From positions 124,001 to 188,000 of the IMG/VR virus record IMGVR_UViG_3300030503_000315: a stretch of 64,000 bases of DNA; one strand, given 5' to 3'. This document shows positions 8,732 through 20,084 of this stretch, one piece after another; positions within the stretch are counted from its first letter, which is position 1, and each line of letters starts with the position of its first letter. The position numbers and the translations under genes were made by a program. The notes under the pieces are model-generated. The model saw nothing but the letters and a program-made list of their open reading frames with translations. It ran no database searches and was not told the origin of the DNA.

Positions 8732-10784
8732 CTATAGCTCCAAAAATTTCTTGTAGAAGGACTCGAACTCTTTCTCACACGCTATGATGGCCATCTGTTC
8801 CTCGTCCGGTCTCCCCTTCAGTTGCTTACGTCTGCGGCGTATATCTTCGAAGTCTTGAAGCATGAACTTGTAGAATACAGGATCTATGAATTCCCTGTTC
8901 TGTATCTCATGAGGAGGCTTCTTTTTGTCATCCACCCTATACCTCCACCACTATCAAGAGAGCAAGATGCAGGAAAGTTAAGTATATAGTGATAACAATC
9001 AAGGCAGATATAAGGAGAACTACGAAGGCAAAACTTCTCTTCTCATTCCACTCCATTTTTGCGTAGAAACCTATGAGGCTCAGCTCTAGGATAGTAGCTA
9101 GGGTTAACGTAGCAATTCCACCCCACAACGTATAATCCATAACTACCTCAGTACGATAGAAACATGATGTATGCCATACGCTATAGATTCGAGAAGTACG
9201 GCAACGGCAGCTATGCAGATGAAGAATACAAACGCGATGAACGACCTAGCTGCCTGCTCACCATCTTTTGATGCTCCAGCTATGACCAAGAAGATCATAG
9301 CTATCGCAAAAATTGCTAGAAGAAATTTTGTCACATTTGCTCCTTTAGCTTTCTGAGGTATTCTTTCTGATCGGCATCCCGTCGCTCAAACTCGAGGTCA
9401 AGAATCGGCTCACAGGCCTTGAGGAGTTTGTTAACCTGATTTTCTGCATCCTCAGGACCATCGAGATCATTCATGCAATCATAGATTCCGTTACTGATAA
9501 GAGCGAGGCCTAGAGACGCATGGAACTTGAGTCGGGTGTATGCTTCTTCCCGTTCATCTATAGAATGGCCACAACCATCATCCGATTCTTCGATTGCCTG
9601 TTCGTGCTTGTAGCAAATCGGACAAGGAAAATATAGATCAGTCATGATACTTCCTATGGAGAACAGCTAGTTCCTGATATAGAGCATAAGAATCTTCAAA
9701 CAGTACATCGTAGGAGGATTGAAGATGTGTCATACTGTTGCAAGAATACTTGTGCAAGGTTTCAATCAGTTCGTCTTCTTCCTCAGATGACATCCTCGTA
9801 ATTACCTCAGCCCACTTTTGCCTTTGTGCGGCCTTTCGAACTTTATAATCAAAGTTTTTCTTGGCTTTCTCTGCCCTGACCTCTTTAATATCCCGCTTAA
9901 GTTTCCTGCGAAGCTTTATGGTCTTATAAAGCAACCAACATGCCAGGATAAAACATACTCCACTACATGCAAAGGATATCCAAACATCGATAGGCATTTC
10001 AGTCCTCCGTCCATGCATGTTGCCAAAGCTTGTATTGACCACAACGGAGACACTTCCAACCACAAGCTGCAGGGTAGGCTTCTTTGTTAGACATCTCTTG
10101 CTTGTTATGTCCGAAATACTGACAGACGAGTTGATCGAAAGGATCAACTGGGGTGCGCTCAGGAGGAATGTTCTTGTCTGCTTTCTTGATCTCTTTCCAA
10201 CTCAAGTCACTAAACACTAAAACGATCAACCTGCGGAACAGATACATCGCGAACTTTTTCAGCATCACCCTTCTCCTTGAGTAGGTCGGACAGTTCCTTC
10301 AGACGATAAGCAATCTTAGTACATACTGAACAATTGGCATCCCACAGATGGTGGATCATTTCCTCATCGGTGTTTACTTCATCTCTGTTGAATTGCATTT
10401 TATGATGTTAGTCGATAGAATTTGGGAGGATTAAGAATACACGAAGCACACAGATGTGCGCCTTCCGATCTTTCCTTGCTCCGCTCAGAATTAACATCAC
10501 TGACATAACCGTTAGCTATTGCCTGACACATTTCTGCAGCATCATGCATAGCACCCTTCCATACCCTCTCACAATAAGCCCACTCACTTTCTCCACGCAT
10601 TCTTGCGTGCGTCCTTTCCCACTCTTCAAATGTCATGATAACCTCATGGTAGGCAGTACAGGATGGAACCAATGGCAACACAGATCACACCACACAACAT
10701 CGCTTCAGGCCAGTCACGAGTGCAGACGAACGCTAAAGTAAACACTAGGGCTACAAATAGCAAGAAGATACAGAAAAAGGTCAT
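8732..10784 (-). other. Cluster of ~9 small hypothetical genes, several membrane proteins
   Basis: Abutting short ORFs (8732-8935, 8937-9140, 9143-9334, 9331-9645, 9638-~9997, 9999-~10247, 10210-10398, 10400-~10636, 10644-10784) with SD motifs. Confidence 0.6.
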
Positions 10785-10791
10785 GATAACC

Positions 10792-11820
10792 TCAGGCAGC
10801 CTTCACTGAATTCAGGACACGTCTACGTACGCTCTTTATGTGTTGACGCATCTTGTCCGGTACATCATATGACTCTATCCATGCGGAAAAGAACTCTGCT
10901 ACTTCGAACTTGATCGCTTGCCCATCTGTCAGATCCTCGGTTAACACCGACGCAAGATCCTGCTTCGTTTTGAAGTTCTTGTTCTCAACAATGTTGTTGA
11001 ACTTTGCATAGTCACCCGGGGAGACGTCACAACCATCCTGGATGATAAGCTTCACCAGATCGGTGGGTGAATCAGGGATAAGACTTATGTCATCCCGCGT
11101 CTGTAGAACGATGTTGTGCAGCTTGTATTTCGGATCGTTCTTTACAAGCCGGATCTCGAAGTCTTCCGGTGAGTTGAATTCAATATGGTGAAAGTACTTT
11201 GGAAGGCTCTCTCCAAAATTTGTTTGATATAGTGTTCCTGAGTAATACGTGTTACGTACTCGATGAGCGGTATGCAAATGTCCACCGCAGATGACGGCTT
11301 TGGACTTTGTGAGTCCATCGGATTCAAAAGCTTTGCCATGATCGTTCTTTGAACCATGAGCTTCGAGGTGAAAAACATTCAGAGCTTCCCTATCGAACGA
11401 CGCATGAGGAAACGGCAAAAACCGAACCTTCGCTCCATGCACCTCGACTGTCTTTGGCCTGGTGTAGAAGCGAACGTTCGGCTTATGATAAAGCAACTTC
11501 AAAATCTCAAGACTGTGCCCGGCAGATGCTTCGGTACCGAGCATATCGTGATTACCTAGGATGAAGTCGAACTCGAAGTCATCATTAGTAGAGAGGAAAC
11601 GTGCTAGAGATGTTGTAGCTGGGTAAGACAGCCGATACATGTCTCCAGAGATATCTCCATACTGGAACACACGATTGATACCCCTGTCCCTACCATAGTC
11701 CAACACCTTTGAGAATTCATCGAGCACCATCTTGTCTGGTTCCTCGATGTACTTCGACAAGGCACCGCGCCCTGCCGCATCGGTCATGTGCAAATCCCCG
11801 ACCCCAAGAAACTCAGCCAT
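10792..11820 (-). CDS. Mre11/SbcD-like metallophosphoesterase (recombination nuclease subunit)
   Basis: GDLH, GD, GNHD and GHLH motifs plus YSGT.YQ.NFGE. Confidence 0.9.
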   Translation of the reverse strand: MAEFLGVGDLHMTDAAGRGALSKYIEEPDKMVLDEFSKVLDYGRDRGINRVFQYGDISGDMYRLSYPATTSLARFLSTNDDFEFDFILGNHDMLGTEASAGHSLEILKLLYHKPNVRFYTRPKTVEVHGAKVRFLPFPHASFDREALNVFHLEAHGSKNDHGKAFESDGLTKSKAVICGGHLHTAHRVRNTYYSGTLYQTNFGESLPKYFHHIEFNSPEDFEIRLVKNDPKYKLHNIVLQTRDDISLIPDSPTDLVKLIIQDGCDVSPGDYAKFNNIVENKNFKTKQDLASVLTEDLTDGQAIKFEVAEFFSAWIESYDVPDKMRQHIKSVRRRVLNSVKAA

Positions 11821-11823
11821 TCA

Positions 11824-14620
11824 TTATTCCTTATCCACCAAAGCAACTAGATCTATGTCGGGTTTATTTACTTCATGCCAAACTGCTTTGAGGATCTCAC
11901 TGGAGACGGCGTCCGGATGGTTAGGGTGATGGTCTACACCGCTCAGGATATACGTGATATCGTTGTTTTCATGTGCTTCGAACCAAAGCTGAACCAGAGG
12001 ATTATCTTTTTCCCAAAGACCATAGTGATTGCGGATGTGCATACCAACCGAATGATGGAACTGTCCCATCTTTTCAGCAGTATCAACTTCTTCGCTTCGG
12101 AGGAATTTGATATCATCCTCTTTGAGGTTTGCTACGAGTTCCTTAATGATCTCTTCTTTACTTAGGTACGACATTGCTAGCTCCTTGTTGGTTATCATAC
12201 TTGAAATGCGTGTCCCGCCAATCTTCACAAACAGATTCTACGTGATGCGCGCCATCGATACCTATGTAAGTTAGGTCATGACCTTTGTAGCAATACTGTC
12301 CATCATCGTTGCATCCAGAAATTACAGCAGCTATAAGCAAGAGAGTTATCACAAACAAAGTAGGGGCCCACGCGGGATAAGTGTTCTTCATGTTCGCCTC
12401 TAGTTACAAGTTTGAGTAAGCTTATTTAGCGCCAGAGCTATGAGGATGTTCATTCTTCAACTTCATGCCATCCTTCTGCCGGAGTGTGTTCAATCATTAC
12501 TGGCTTGTGACCCAAAGCTATCAACTCTTCAGCCGTCATCTCATACCAAGGCTTGCTGTTAATCCCGGGAATGGGAAGAGGCGATGATTCGATTTTCATG
12601 TCCAAAGGATCGTAGATAGGATTACCTTTGATGTCATGATCTACGGGATTCATTTCTTCTCCAGTTCATCTCTTATGAGGTTGAGGGCTAGCCGCTCGTA
12701 ACTTCCTTCCTCGGTCATGTCTTCAAGGTACCGTAACGCGTCATCAACGGAAGTAAAGTCAGGCCGTTTGCTGTCAGATGTATCCACTGGGATGCTGTAT
12801 CGGTTTCGGAGGGGATACTTTTTGGGATCGCTCCAAGAAGTAGAGCCGCACTTACGACAAGACCAACAATGAGTGCCACTGCCGGTATAAGAATCCGAGT
12901 ATTCAAACCAATCATGTTTGTCCTCGTCGCACGGAATGACAGGCATGTTAGTGACCCATGTTCTCTAGTTTAGCTAAGGCAGCGAGTCTTTCTCTTTCCC
13001 ACTCATCCCTAGCCTTGGTGATTTCTTCAATGAAGATGTTAAGATTGTAGATGGACATGTGGTCACCCATCATGTCAAGGAAATTCTGTGTAAACTCTCG
13101 TGCATCTTTTGCTGAGATATCTATATCCTGTTCCGCAGCTTCCTCACTTCTCTGTAGACCGAACCCAGCTTCAGAGTGATGCTCATAGATGATGCGAAAA
13201 CGATTCCACGGGTTAAGATACAACGTTTGCTCAGGTTGGTCTGGGTTGCCCGGAAGCCACGTTCCCCAATCAGGATGTACCTCTTTATGATACTCAGCGT
13301 GCCTAGCCATCGACATTGCTGCGAGCTCAAGTTTGATCTTCATTTTGGAAACTCCTTAATTCTGCATTAACGTTCTCGATACTACCATACTTCTTCACAA
13401 TACGATCATGCTCAATCTTAACGAGTTCTCTACGATTCTTCCTCTCTTCGACGGAGAGATTAGGATAGAGATAACGATCCTCTGCAAGCCTCTGGTAATA
13501 GAGATAGATATGTTCGTATGGGTTTCTGATTTTGTATTGCCTAAGAGCCTCGTCGATTTCTTCATCCGATGGCTCGGGTATTTCCTGAACTACCTTCCTA
13601 CCACAGGTCTCGCAGGATGAGACCTTCACTCGGGAAAGTCCGACATCGGACGATTCAAATCCTCTGGATGAATCTGACGTTCTCTATCCAACTGTTCGAT
13701 GGATTTCTTCGCCAAACTTAATCCTTTCTTGATTCCTTCTACTATCACCTTACTGTCAACATCGGCAACAAGATCGTGGAGCTCAGAGTCAACAAATCTC
13801 GCTATGTCAGCATCTATATTTGTAGATGAGATATGAGATTGGTCAACGGGAGAGGATATGTCAACCACGTTTGGATCTTTATCAGCTGCGCATGTCACGG
13901 TAAAACTTTTGCCACACATAAAGTTCTGACACGTCGAGGCCCACGGTGCATTTCCTGTTCCACATACAGGACATTTCCATCCAGTCTGTACCGGTTGTGG
14001 TGCAGGTTCACATCCCTGGAATGGTGCGCACATCCCGGGCGTCGGACACTCAGACATAGTCTTTCTGCAGATCATCATATTCTTACCTCCTGGTGGTCTG
14101 GAGTATTCTAACTCCAAAAAGATACCATGTTGTTACCTGAGCGTATCCGTAGAACTCTCTCGGTCTACCTGGCAGTTCAACCTGGTTCCAGGTTTTGGAA
14201 ATCATCTGGACCTCACACGTAATCTTCGAAGTCAGGCGGAAAGAAAAGGACAGGATCGTCTTCCGGATCACCAGAAAATGGAATGCCTTGGAATTTCTTC
14301 GTAAAGAAACGCCCTTCCTTACCACAACGTTTGAGCAATTTCGTTTCCATCCAACTTGCCGAACGTTGGATGGAACATTCAGTTAGGTAGTCAGAGTGGT
14401 GTTCTCTGTATTTCGTCTTCCCATCTACAAGATCTATGTAGGAAGATTTCTCTATCCTTCTATGCTCCATGGTTACCGCGTACGCACAGGTATCCGGCTT
14501 CCGACCATGAACAGTCATTGCACCTTGTATATGATGGACGCAATCTTTGCACAACGGTATGTTGTTATTTACCATATCATTCTCCACAGAACCCGAAGGA
14601 ACGTTCGACCACAGAGTCAT
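11824..14620 (-). other. Cluster of ~9 small hypothetical genes, some with CxxC motifs
   Basis: Abutting ORFs 11824-~12174, 12158-12391 (lipoprotein-like ISGC), 12450-12653, 12650-12946, 12948-13343, 13327-13629, 13626-~14078, 14213-~14575. Confidence 0.6.
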
Positions 14621-15815
14621 CTACATGCTCGAAACGAGGGATCCACAGACCATCTCGCTTCACGTATTCCCGCCACTCTGAGACAGGACGCAACCAGTCC
14701 GAAAGTTTCGACACTGACTCGTAGTCAACGTAGGATACACCCGTAGCTTCCATCGTGCTGATCTTCGTCACACGATAGAACCCACCATTGTAGTGACGGT
14801 AGTATTCGTTGACCTCAGGCATGGGAGACAGTTCAGGAAACTTCGGCTGTTCCTTTTTAGAATCTAACCCGAGCAAAGATTCGAGGAACTCTGCAAGTTC
14901 GCTACAATCTTTGCCGGTGAAGAATGGTTTACCCGCATCAAGATACTCATGTGCGCGATGAAGATCGTTAATCCATTCGGTCGCATACTGTCTCTTTTCC
15001 TCCTCATCCGCCCACCACATGTTGCCCGGCGCATGTAGAAGGGGTTCTACGGCTAGACGTCTCTTCTCTACCTGTTCTTGAGTGTCGGCCAGCTGACATT
15101 GAAGCGAAAGATCCGACGCAGACTCACGAATCAGGCCATAGGTAGGGTCTGCATCTTCCAAAGGATCACCATAGACTACTTCCGGAAGAATCTCTTCAGG
15201 ATCGTCAATGCTCCAACTCTGCACTTCCTGCCACCAAGGCTTCTGCTCAATTCTTGTCCCCAATGTTTCTTCCAGGCTAGGATTAACTCCGAAAACAGGA
15301 ACCTCTTTTGTGTCTACAGGTTTCTCCTCTTGTTCTATCAGGAAATCTATCAGGAAATCTTTCTTTAGTCCAGACGCTGCCTGGTGTTTGTTGTCCAACC
15401 GAAACCACACCCCGGTAAATTTCCTATGTACATGAAAGTGTCCGACTGCAGGGGCAGGTACACTCAATGGTTTGGACTGTCTGCGAAACCCCGGAAATTC
15501 CATCTGAGCTAACTGACGAAATGCCGAGGCTTCACCTGATATCGTAGAGTCGTATGGCAGAACATGAAGGAGGATACATTCATTAAAAATTCCCTCAGTT
15601 TCCAGCTCACGTTTCAGGTGATTCATTGCCGCGTTGTAGGTGTTCCACAGGAACTGGTTGTAAGGATGAACGGGGTAGAAAATCAGGTAACCTTTCTGTG
15701 ATGGCAACCATCGTGGATCTGAACCTAGGACATCGTGGAGAATTCGAGCCTCATCCACCTGGTAAACCTTCTTCCAGATACGTCCTTCCCGACCTTCCTC
15801 AATCGTAAAATGCAT
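14577..15815 (-). CDS. Multidomain protein with C-terminal DUF1653-like domain
   Basis: True start MHFTIEEG at 15815 (GGAGGGAG SD); C-terminal YRHYNGGFYRV...VDYES...WLRP.SEW. Confidence 0.75.
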   Translation of the reverse strand: MHFTIEEGREGRIWKKVYQVDEARILHDVLGSDPRWLPSQKGYLIFYPVHPYNQFLWNTYNAAMNHLKRELETEGIFNECILLHVLPYDSTISGEASAFRQLAQMEFPGFRRQSKPLSVPAPAVGHFHVHRKFTGVWFRLDNKHQAASGLKKDFLIDFLIEQEEKPVDTKEVPVFGVNPSLEETLGTRIEQKPWWQEVQSWSIDDPEEILPEVVYGDPLEDADPTYGLIRESASDLSLQCQLADTQEQVEKRRLAVEPLLHAPGNMWWADEEEKRQYATEWINDLHRAHEYLDAGKPFFTGKDCSELAEFLESLLGLDSKKEQPKFPELSPMPEVNEYYRHYNGGFYRVTKISTMEATGVSYVDYESVSKLSDWLRPVSEWREYVKRDGLWIPRFEHVDDSVVERSFGFCGE

Positions 15816-15859
15816 AACTCCCTCCTCTGGTTGTTGACCTCCATATTTACTGTTTCTAG

Positions 15860-16073
15860 GTACTGTCAACATCCACTGTAAGTACTTCCTGTACCCCAGG
15901 ATATAACGTAACAATATACTATATGTGACAGTACCTAAATGTCGACAAGTACCCAAGAGTACTGTCAACATCCACTGTAAGTACCACCACCTACTTACAG
16001 TAACCACTGACAGTACATCCTCAAACGTAGGAAATGGTAAATATGAGGTACTTACAACAAATACTGACAGTAC
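15860..16073. repeat. Iteron-like direct and inverted repeats; candidate replication origin at strand switch
   Basis: 26 bp direct repeat GTACTGTCAACATCCACTGTAAGTAC at 15860-15885 and 15959-15984; inverted bipartite copies at 15992-16016 and 16048-16073; extra TGACAGTAC at 15926. Confidence 0.85.
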
Positions 16074-16104
16074 CAAAACGGAGTTTAAGTTGAACAGATA
16101 TGCA

Positions 16105-17430
16105 ATGTTGGATGGGGCAGCAATAGGTACCGAATATGACCCAGCATTAGACTCTGGTCGTGTGGTTTGCAAGAATCCAAAAGCCCTATGGAAAGCGATC
16201 GAGGAATCACGGGAAATCACAATCATAGCCAAGAAAGCTGATGAACTTGTTGCTCGAATGGATCCATGGGATAACGAGAGTGGTCGGGGTTGTCGTGATC
16301 TACCAATCAAACGAACGATCTACCTCGATCTAAAGATGAGTGCGGATAAGAAAGGTAAGAAAAGGTGGCATTTCAACATTCGTACGAATCCTGCGTCGGT
16401 CTTCACTGGGGATAACACATTTGGATCCTTGATGGTTGTTCGGCAAATCAGGGAAGTGTTCAACTTCATCCTGGATTACTTCGAGGACATGGGGGTAAAT
16501 GTCGAGGTGATGAGGAAGCAGGTACAACGAGGGGACATAGTTCTGTCTTCCATAGCATTTGCTGTCTACTCTGACAAGGTGAAAAACTCTGATATAGTTC
16601 GGCGACTGCTGGACAAGTGGTACTTCATGTACGAGACAAGGGTGGAGTACGAAGGACGGTATGTGACTCTGTTGGAAGCTCTTGGTTTGTCCAGGTCATC
16701 TGGGGAACAGTTCGCAGATTCCTTGGGGCTGAATATCTTTGGGTATAACCTGGCGGCAAAGGCGAAGTCGGCTACCGACAGAGGGCACAAGCTGATGCAC
16801 CTTTGCCTGTACGATAAGGCGGCAGAACTTCGTGCCAAGGACAACCTGGCGGATAATGATGATGAACTAGTGGATGATCTTGAACGCAGGATACGGTTTG
16901 ACCTGACGATCTCTCGCTATTACTTCAACACCGCATGGAACATGAAGCACGTAACATTGCGTAACCTCTACATGAAGATGAAGGAAAAGGGGTCGTGGGA
17001 AAATGTTGTGCTGGAACTAATGAACTATGCCATTGATCGTACCTGCCTGCAGTACATGGCGGTGGCTCCGAATGTCTATGCGGCGGAACATTCGGAGATA
17101 CTTGATCTGTGGACCAGGCAGATAGAGCAGAGGAAAGGTAGAGGGTCAGGGAAGTGGGACCCGAAGTTGATTCGATGGGCGGAAGAACTGGGCGTCAAGT
17201 TGAAGGTGAGTCCAATAGCACATCTGATAATGCACCAAGGTAGGCTTGGTCTGCATATGAATCGTATGGATAAGGCGAAGGAATGGTTGTCGTCACCCGA
17301 AGGCGCAAAGAAGTACGGCCTGTCGGTAACCAAGGCGGCGGAGCTTGAGCGTAAGCAGAGCAATTTCGCGAGAGCAGTGTCAAAGCTTGAGCTAGACTTC
17401 TCCAGTCCAACTTACGTGAGGTTAGGATGA
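16105..17430 (+). CDS. Gene II/X-family (Rep_trans-like) rolling-circle replication initiator-like protein
   Basis: Start trimmed to MLDG; TNPASVFTGDNTFGS resembles the NPxK..xGHNxFGS motif; LYDKAAE (catalytic YxK) and RIRFDL. Confidence 0.7.
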   Translation: MLDGAAIGTEYDPALDSGRVVCKNPKALWKAIEESREITIIAKKADELVARMDPWDNESGRGCRDLPIKRTIYLDLKMSADKKGKKRWHFNIRTNPASVFTGDNTFGSLMVVRQIREVFNFILDYFEDMGVNVEVMRKQVQRGDIVLSSIAFAVYSDKVKNSDIVRRLLDKWYFMYETRVEYEGRYVTLLEALGLSRSSGEQFADSLGLNIFGYNLAAKAKSATDRGHKLMHLCLYDKAAELRAKDNLADNDDELVDDLERRIRFDLTISRYYFNTAWNMKHVTLRNLYMKMKEKGSWENVVLELMNYAIDRTCLQYMAVAPNVYAAEHSEILDLWTRQIEQRKGRGSGKWDPKLIRWAEELGVKLKVSPIAHLIMHQGRLGLHMNRMDKAKEWLSSPEGAKKYGLSVTKAAELERKQSNFARAVSKLELDFSSPTYVRLG

Positions 17431-18131
17431 AGGACAATGAAAAATCTTACGTCTACATGTATCGGGTAGATGGCGTACCTATCTATGTTGGAATAGGGAC
17501 CGAAGATAATGGGAACTTTGTACGCGCGCGGAGTCTGGTAGGACATAAGGGTATTAAACCTGACGAATTCGATAAGGTTCAGATAGATGTGATCCAGCGT
17601 AACATTTCTAGAACACAAGCTAGAACATTTGAATCCGTACTTATCCAGGTTCTGGGTCAGGATTTCAGGTTAAGGAATAAGAAGATCTCAGACCGCAAAG
17701 TAAATGTTCGCACCATAGTGGCCGACCCAAATTCGAAAAAGAGAATTGTAAGAGGACAGGTTGCGGATGAGATGATTCGGAAAGAATTAGTCACAGAACA
17801 ATTACAACTATTCTCGAGCGACAGCGGACTAGCTTCTCATAATATATTTTTAGAACCTAGCAAGACTTCTTCGGGTAATTTGGTAGCAGCCTTGTGTACT
17901 GGGTATGATCCGGAATTGGATTCACTCTTGACAAAGTTTCATAAGTGGTGGAGATCCGTCGGGTTCGACCCGATGTATGAGAAAGTAATGATTATAGTAC
18001 CATGGGAATCTCAAGCCGAAAATTTTCGGAAAGCTACCAAAGATATTTGTTTCCATGGATCAGATAGGCCTGCGGTTCTGATTACTTCAGTTGAGCGTTG
18101 GGCAGAGTTTATGTTGGGGCACAAGAAGTGA
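17427..18131 (+). CDS. GIY-YIG nuclease-domain protein
   Basis: YVYMY...IYVGIG, downstream Arg, Glu (ARTFE) and Asn (LRN). Confidence 0.7.
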   Translation: MKDNEKSYVYMYRVDGVPIYVGIGTEDNGNFVRARSLVGHKGIKPDEFDKVQIDVIQRNISRTQARTFESVLIQVLGQDFRLRNKKISDRKVNVRTIVADPNSKKRIVRGQVADEMIRKELVTEQLQLFSSDSGLASHNIFLEPSKTSSGNLVAALCTGYDPELDSLLTKFHKWWRSVGFDPMYEKVMIIVPWESQAENFRKATKDICFHGSDRPAVLITSVERWAEFMLGHKK

Positions 18132-18180
18132 CGTTAGGACAAGTAAATATGAACGATCCCTAAACCTAGAGGAGCAACGA

Positions 18181-18558
18181 ATGACGATACTTTGCAGGAT
18201 ACGGAAGGACAAACAAAACAACTGGTGGGACCTTGATTCGGTTCTCATAAGTGTGGATGGCATCCTGGGCATGCCCTTCGCCCGCGGATTCAAAGATCAG
18301 TTTCATGCAGTGTCGTGGTTAAGTCATCATGTAACGAGATGCTTAGGCATCGATTGCTCACACCTGTTTAATGGATACTCCGTACCTTACGATGATCTGG
18401 ACGTTGAGGTATCATACACTTTTGGTGTAGCTTATCCAACGGTGAGTTTCCATGCGTTCAATATTAGCCTGTCAACCTTTGAAGTGATCTGTGACGAGTC
18501 ACAGACTAAGGAAGACCTGGATCTTCTACAACTCATGAAAGACATTTGTCAGGGATAA
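18181..18558 (+). CDS. DLLQLM-tag family protein 1
   Basis: Start trimmed to MTILCR (AGGAG SD); ends DLDLLQLMKDICQG. Confidence 0.75.
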   Translation: MTILCRIRKDKQNNWWDLDSVLISVDGILGMPFARGFKDQFHAVSWLSHHVTRCLGIDCSHLFNGYSVPYDDLDVEVSYTFGVAYPTVSFHAFNISLSTFEVICDESQTKEDLDLLQLMKDICQG

Positions 18559-18561
18559 CCA

Positions 18562-18948
18562 ATGAATCAATGTAGTGGATGCGTCTACCAGGCCAGAAAG
18601 CAGAATGACCTGTGGCATCTTTTCTATGAGATGTTATACACCGAAAAGTCATCTGGTCTTCGTCATCTTATGAGAGGTCAGTTCACAAGTAGGGATGAAG
18701 CTGAGCGTCATCTTGTTGAAACCTTTGGTCGTTGTACAGACCAACTCGAGGCCGACAGGGTGTCTTGTCTTGTCCTGCTTATTCCACGAGAACAGGAATG
18801 GGATCTTCAAGTGAAATGGGATCCAGTTCCTACCACCAGCATGTTGTGTTATCCAAATATTGCAAACCTAAAGTACAAGATCACCAAACATGCTGCACAA
18901 CCTGATCTTCTGCAACTCATGCACGATATCCTTGGAGATAACCAATGA
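18562..18948 (+). CDS. DLLQLM-tag family protein 2
   Basis: Ends PDLLQLMHDILGDNQ. Confidence 0.75.
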   Translation: MNQCSGCVYQARKQNDLWHLFYEMLYTEKSSGLRHLMRGQFTSRDEAERHLVETFGRCTDQLEADRVSCLVLLIPREQEWDLQVKWDPVPTTSMLCYPNIANLKYKITKHAAQPDLLQLMHDILGDNQ

Positions 18949-19307
18949 CGATCCTTGTTCATTTTCGAAAATCTACGAACCCGCAAAAGTGGAGCGTGAG
19001 TACAACTCTGGTGTCTCGTGATGGCATCCTCGGTATGCCCGAACGCGGTGCCTTCGCGACGCAAGCCGGAGCCTACGAGTGGCTTATAAGTGAGATAGCC
19101 GTGGCGACCAATTATGACGTAAAACAGGTTTTTGAAGAGGCACGTGCCGAGGTGCGTATCGATATCGAAGAGGAGTTCGACATCGTAATTTCTGTACCAA
19201 ACGGGCACAGTACCCTTCCTATAGTGGAGTTCAAAAGACTCAACATGGTGGGAGATGTAACCACCGTGGACCTCCTGCAGTTGATGAACGACATCTGCTC
19301 TAACTGA
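18945..19307 (+). CDS. DLLQLM-tag family protein 3
   Basis: Ends VDLLQLMNDICSN; shares DGILGMP with protein 1. Confidence 0.75.
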   Translation: MTILVHFRKSTNPQKWSVSTTLVSRDGILGMPERGAFATQAGAYEWLISEIAVATNYDVKQVFEEARAEVRIDIEEEFDIVISVPNGHSTLPIVEFKRLNMVGDVTTVDLLQLMNDICSN

Positions 19308-19315
19308 GGTATAGA

Positions 19316-19675
19316 ATGGCAATCAGAAAATGTGAGTGGAGTATAATGCGAGTAGGGAACATCGCTAGCTCTGGGACTTACTCGGGTTATGAAATCTATG
19401 ATGACGCTACACAGAAACTCTTAGATACAGCTCCTCGTGGATTTCTTTCGACGACTTTGCGCCGCTTGATGTTATGTATTGGATATCCTAGAGATCAGAT
19501 AGACGCCCTTGTGGATCCCTTGGTTGTTCAGTTGATGAAAGATGAAACAACACCTCTGTACCTTCACTTCGAAGCAGACCTTGAGATGTGCTGCCGACTT
19601 CTGGATGTACCTTACAAGGGTCCGGTGGTTCCCACTCCAGACCTCCTGCAAATCATGAATGATATCTGTTCCTAA
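19316..19675 (+). CDS. DLLQLM-tag family protein 4
   Basis: Ends PDLLQIMNDICS. Confidence 0.75.
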   Translation: MAIRKCEWSIMRVGNIASSGTYSGYEIYDDATQKLLDTAPRGFLSTTLRRLMLCIGYPRDQIDALVDPLVVQLMKDETTPLYLHFEADLEMCCRLLDVPYKGPVVPTPDLLQIMNDICS

Positions 19676-19685
19676 GGACTAGCAT

Positions 19686-20084
19686 ATGGATCTCATAGGA
19701 TGTATTTTTAAAGTTAGGATGTTACGAAACGCAGCCCATTGGGAAATTCTTAATCAGTACATCTATGAGGATGGATCTCTAACTCGAGAGACTTACTTTA
19801 GTTCGAGTTTAGGCTCAAGGTTACAGGCGGATTCATACCTCGCTGGACATGTCCGAAGCTGTTTTGACGACATTCGCTACTCCATGGCGCTCTCTACTAT
19901 AGATAGAGTAGGGAAAGATCTTGAGTACGACTTTATCCTGAACTGGGATCCTGTACCTCCCATCTTTCCAGGTGGTAATGCCGCATTGAAGAATCTGAGC
20001 ATGAGAGTTGAAGTTCCTGGTGATGATGGACAGCAAACAACACCTGATCTTTTATCCATCATGAATGATGTTTGTAGAGGATGA
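19686..20084 (+). CDS. DLLQLM-tag family protein 5
   Basis: Ends PDLLSIMNDVCRG; shares WDPVP with protein 2. Confidence 0.75.
   Translation: MDLIGCIFKVRMLRNAAHWEILNQYIYEDGSLTRETYFSSSLGSRLQADSYLAGHVRSCFDDIRYSMALSTIDRVGKDLEYDFILNWDPVPPIFPGGNAALKNLSMRVEVPGDDGQQTTPDLLSIMNDVCRG

Noticed and set aside
15860-16073. CRISPR array
   Set aside because: Only two direct copies 99 bp apart plus inverted copies; no regular spacers and no cas genes
15816-16310. N-terminal extensions of ORFs 14577-16310 (-) and 15925-17430 (+)
   Set aside because: They overlap each other across the repeat region. The minus-strand start at 15815 has a strong SD, and the plus-strand start at 16105 matches the family-typical MxD N-terminus. 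The repeated peptide LQWMLTV is just the translated iteron
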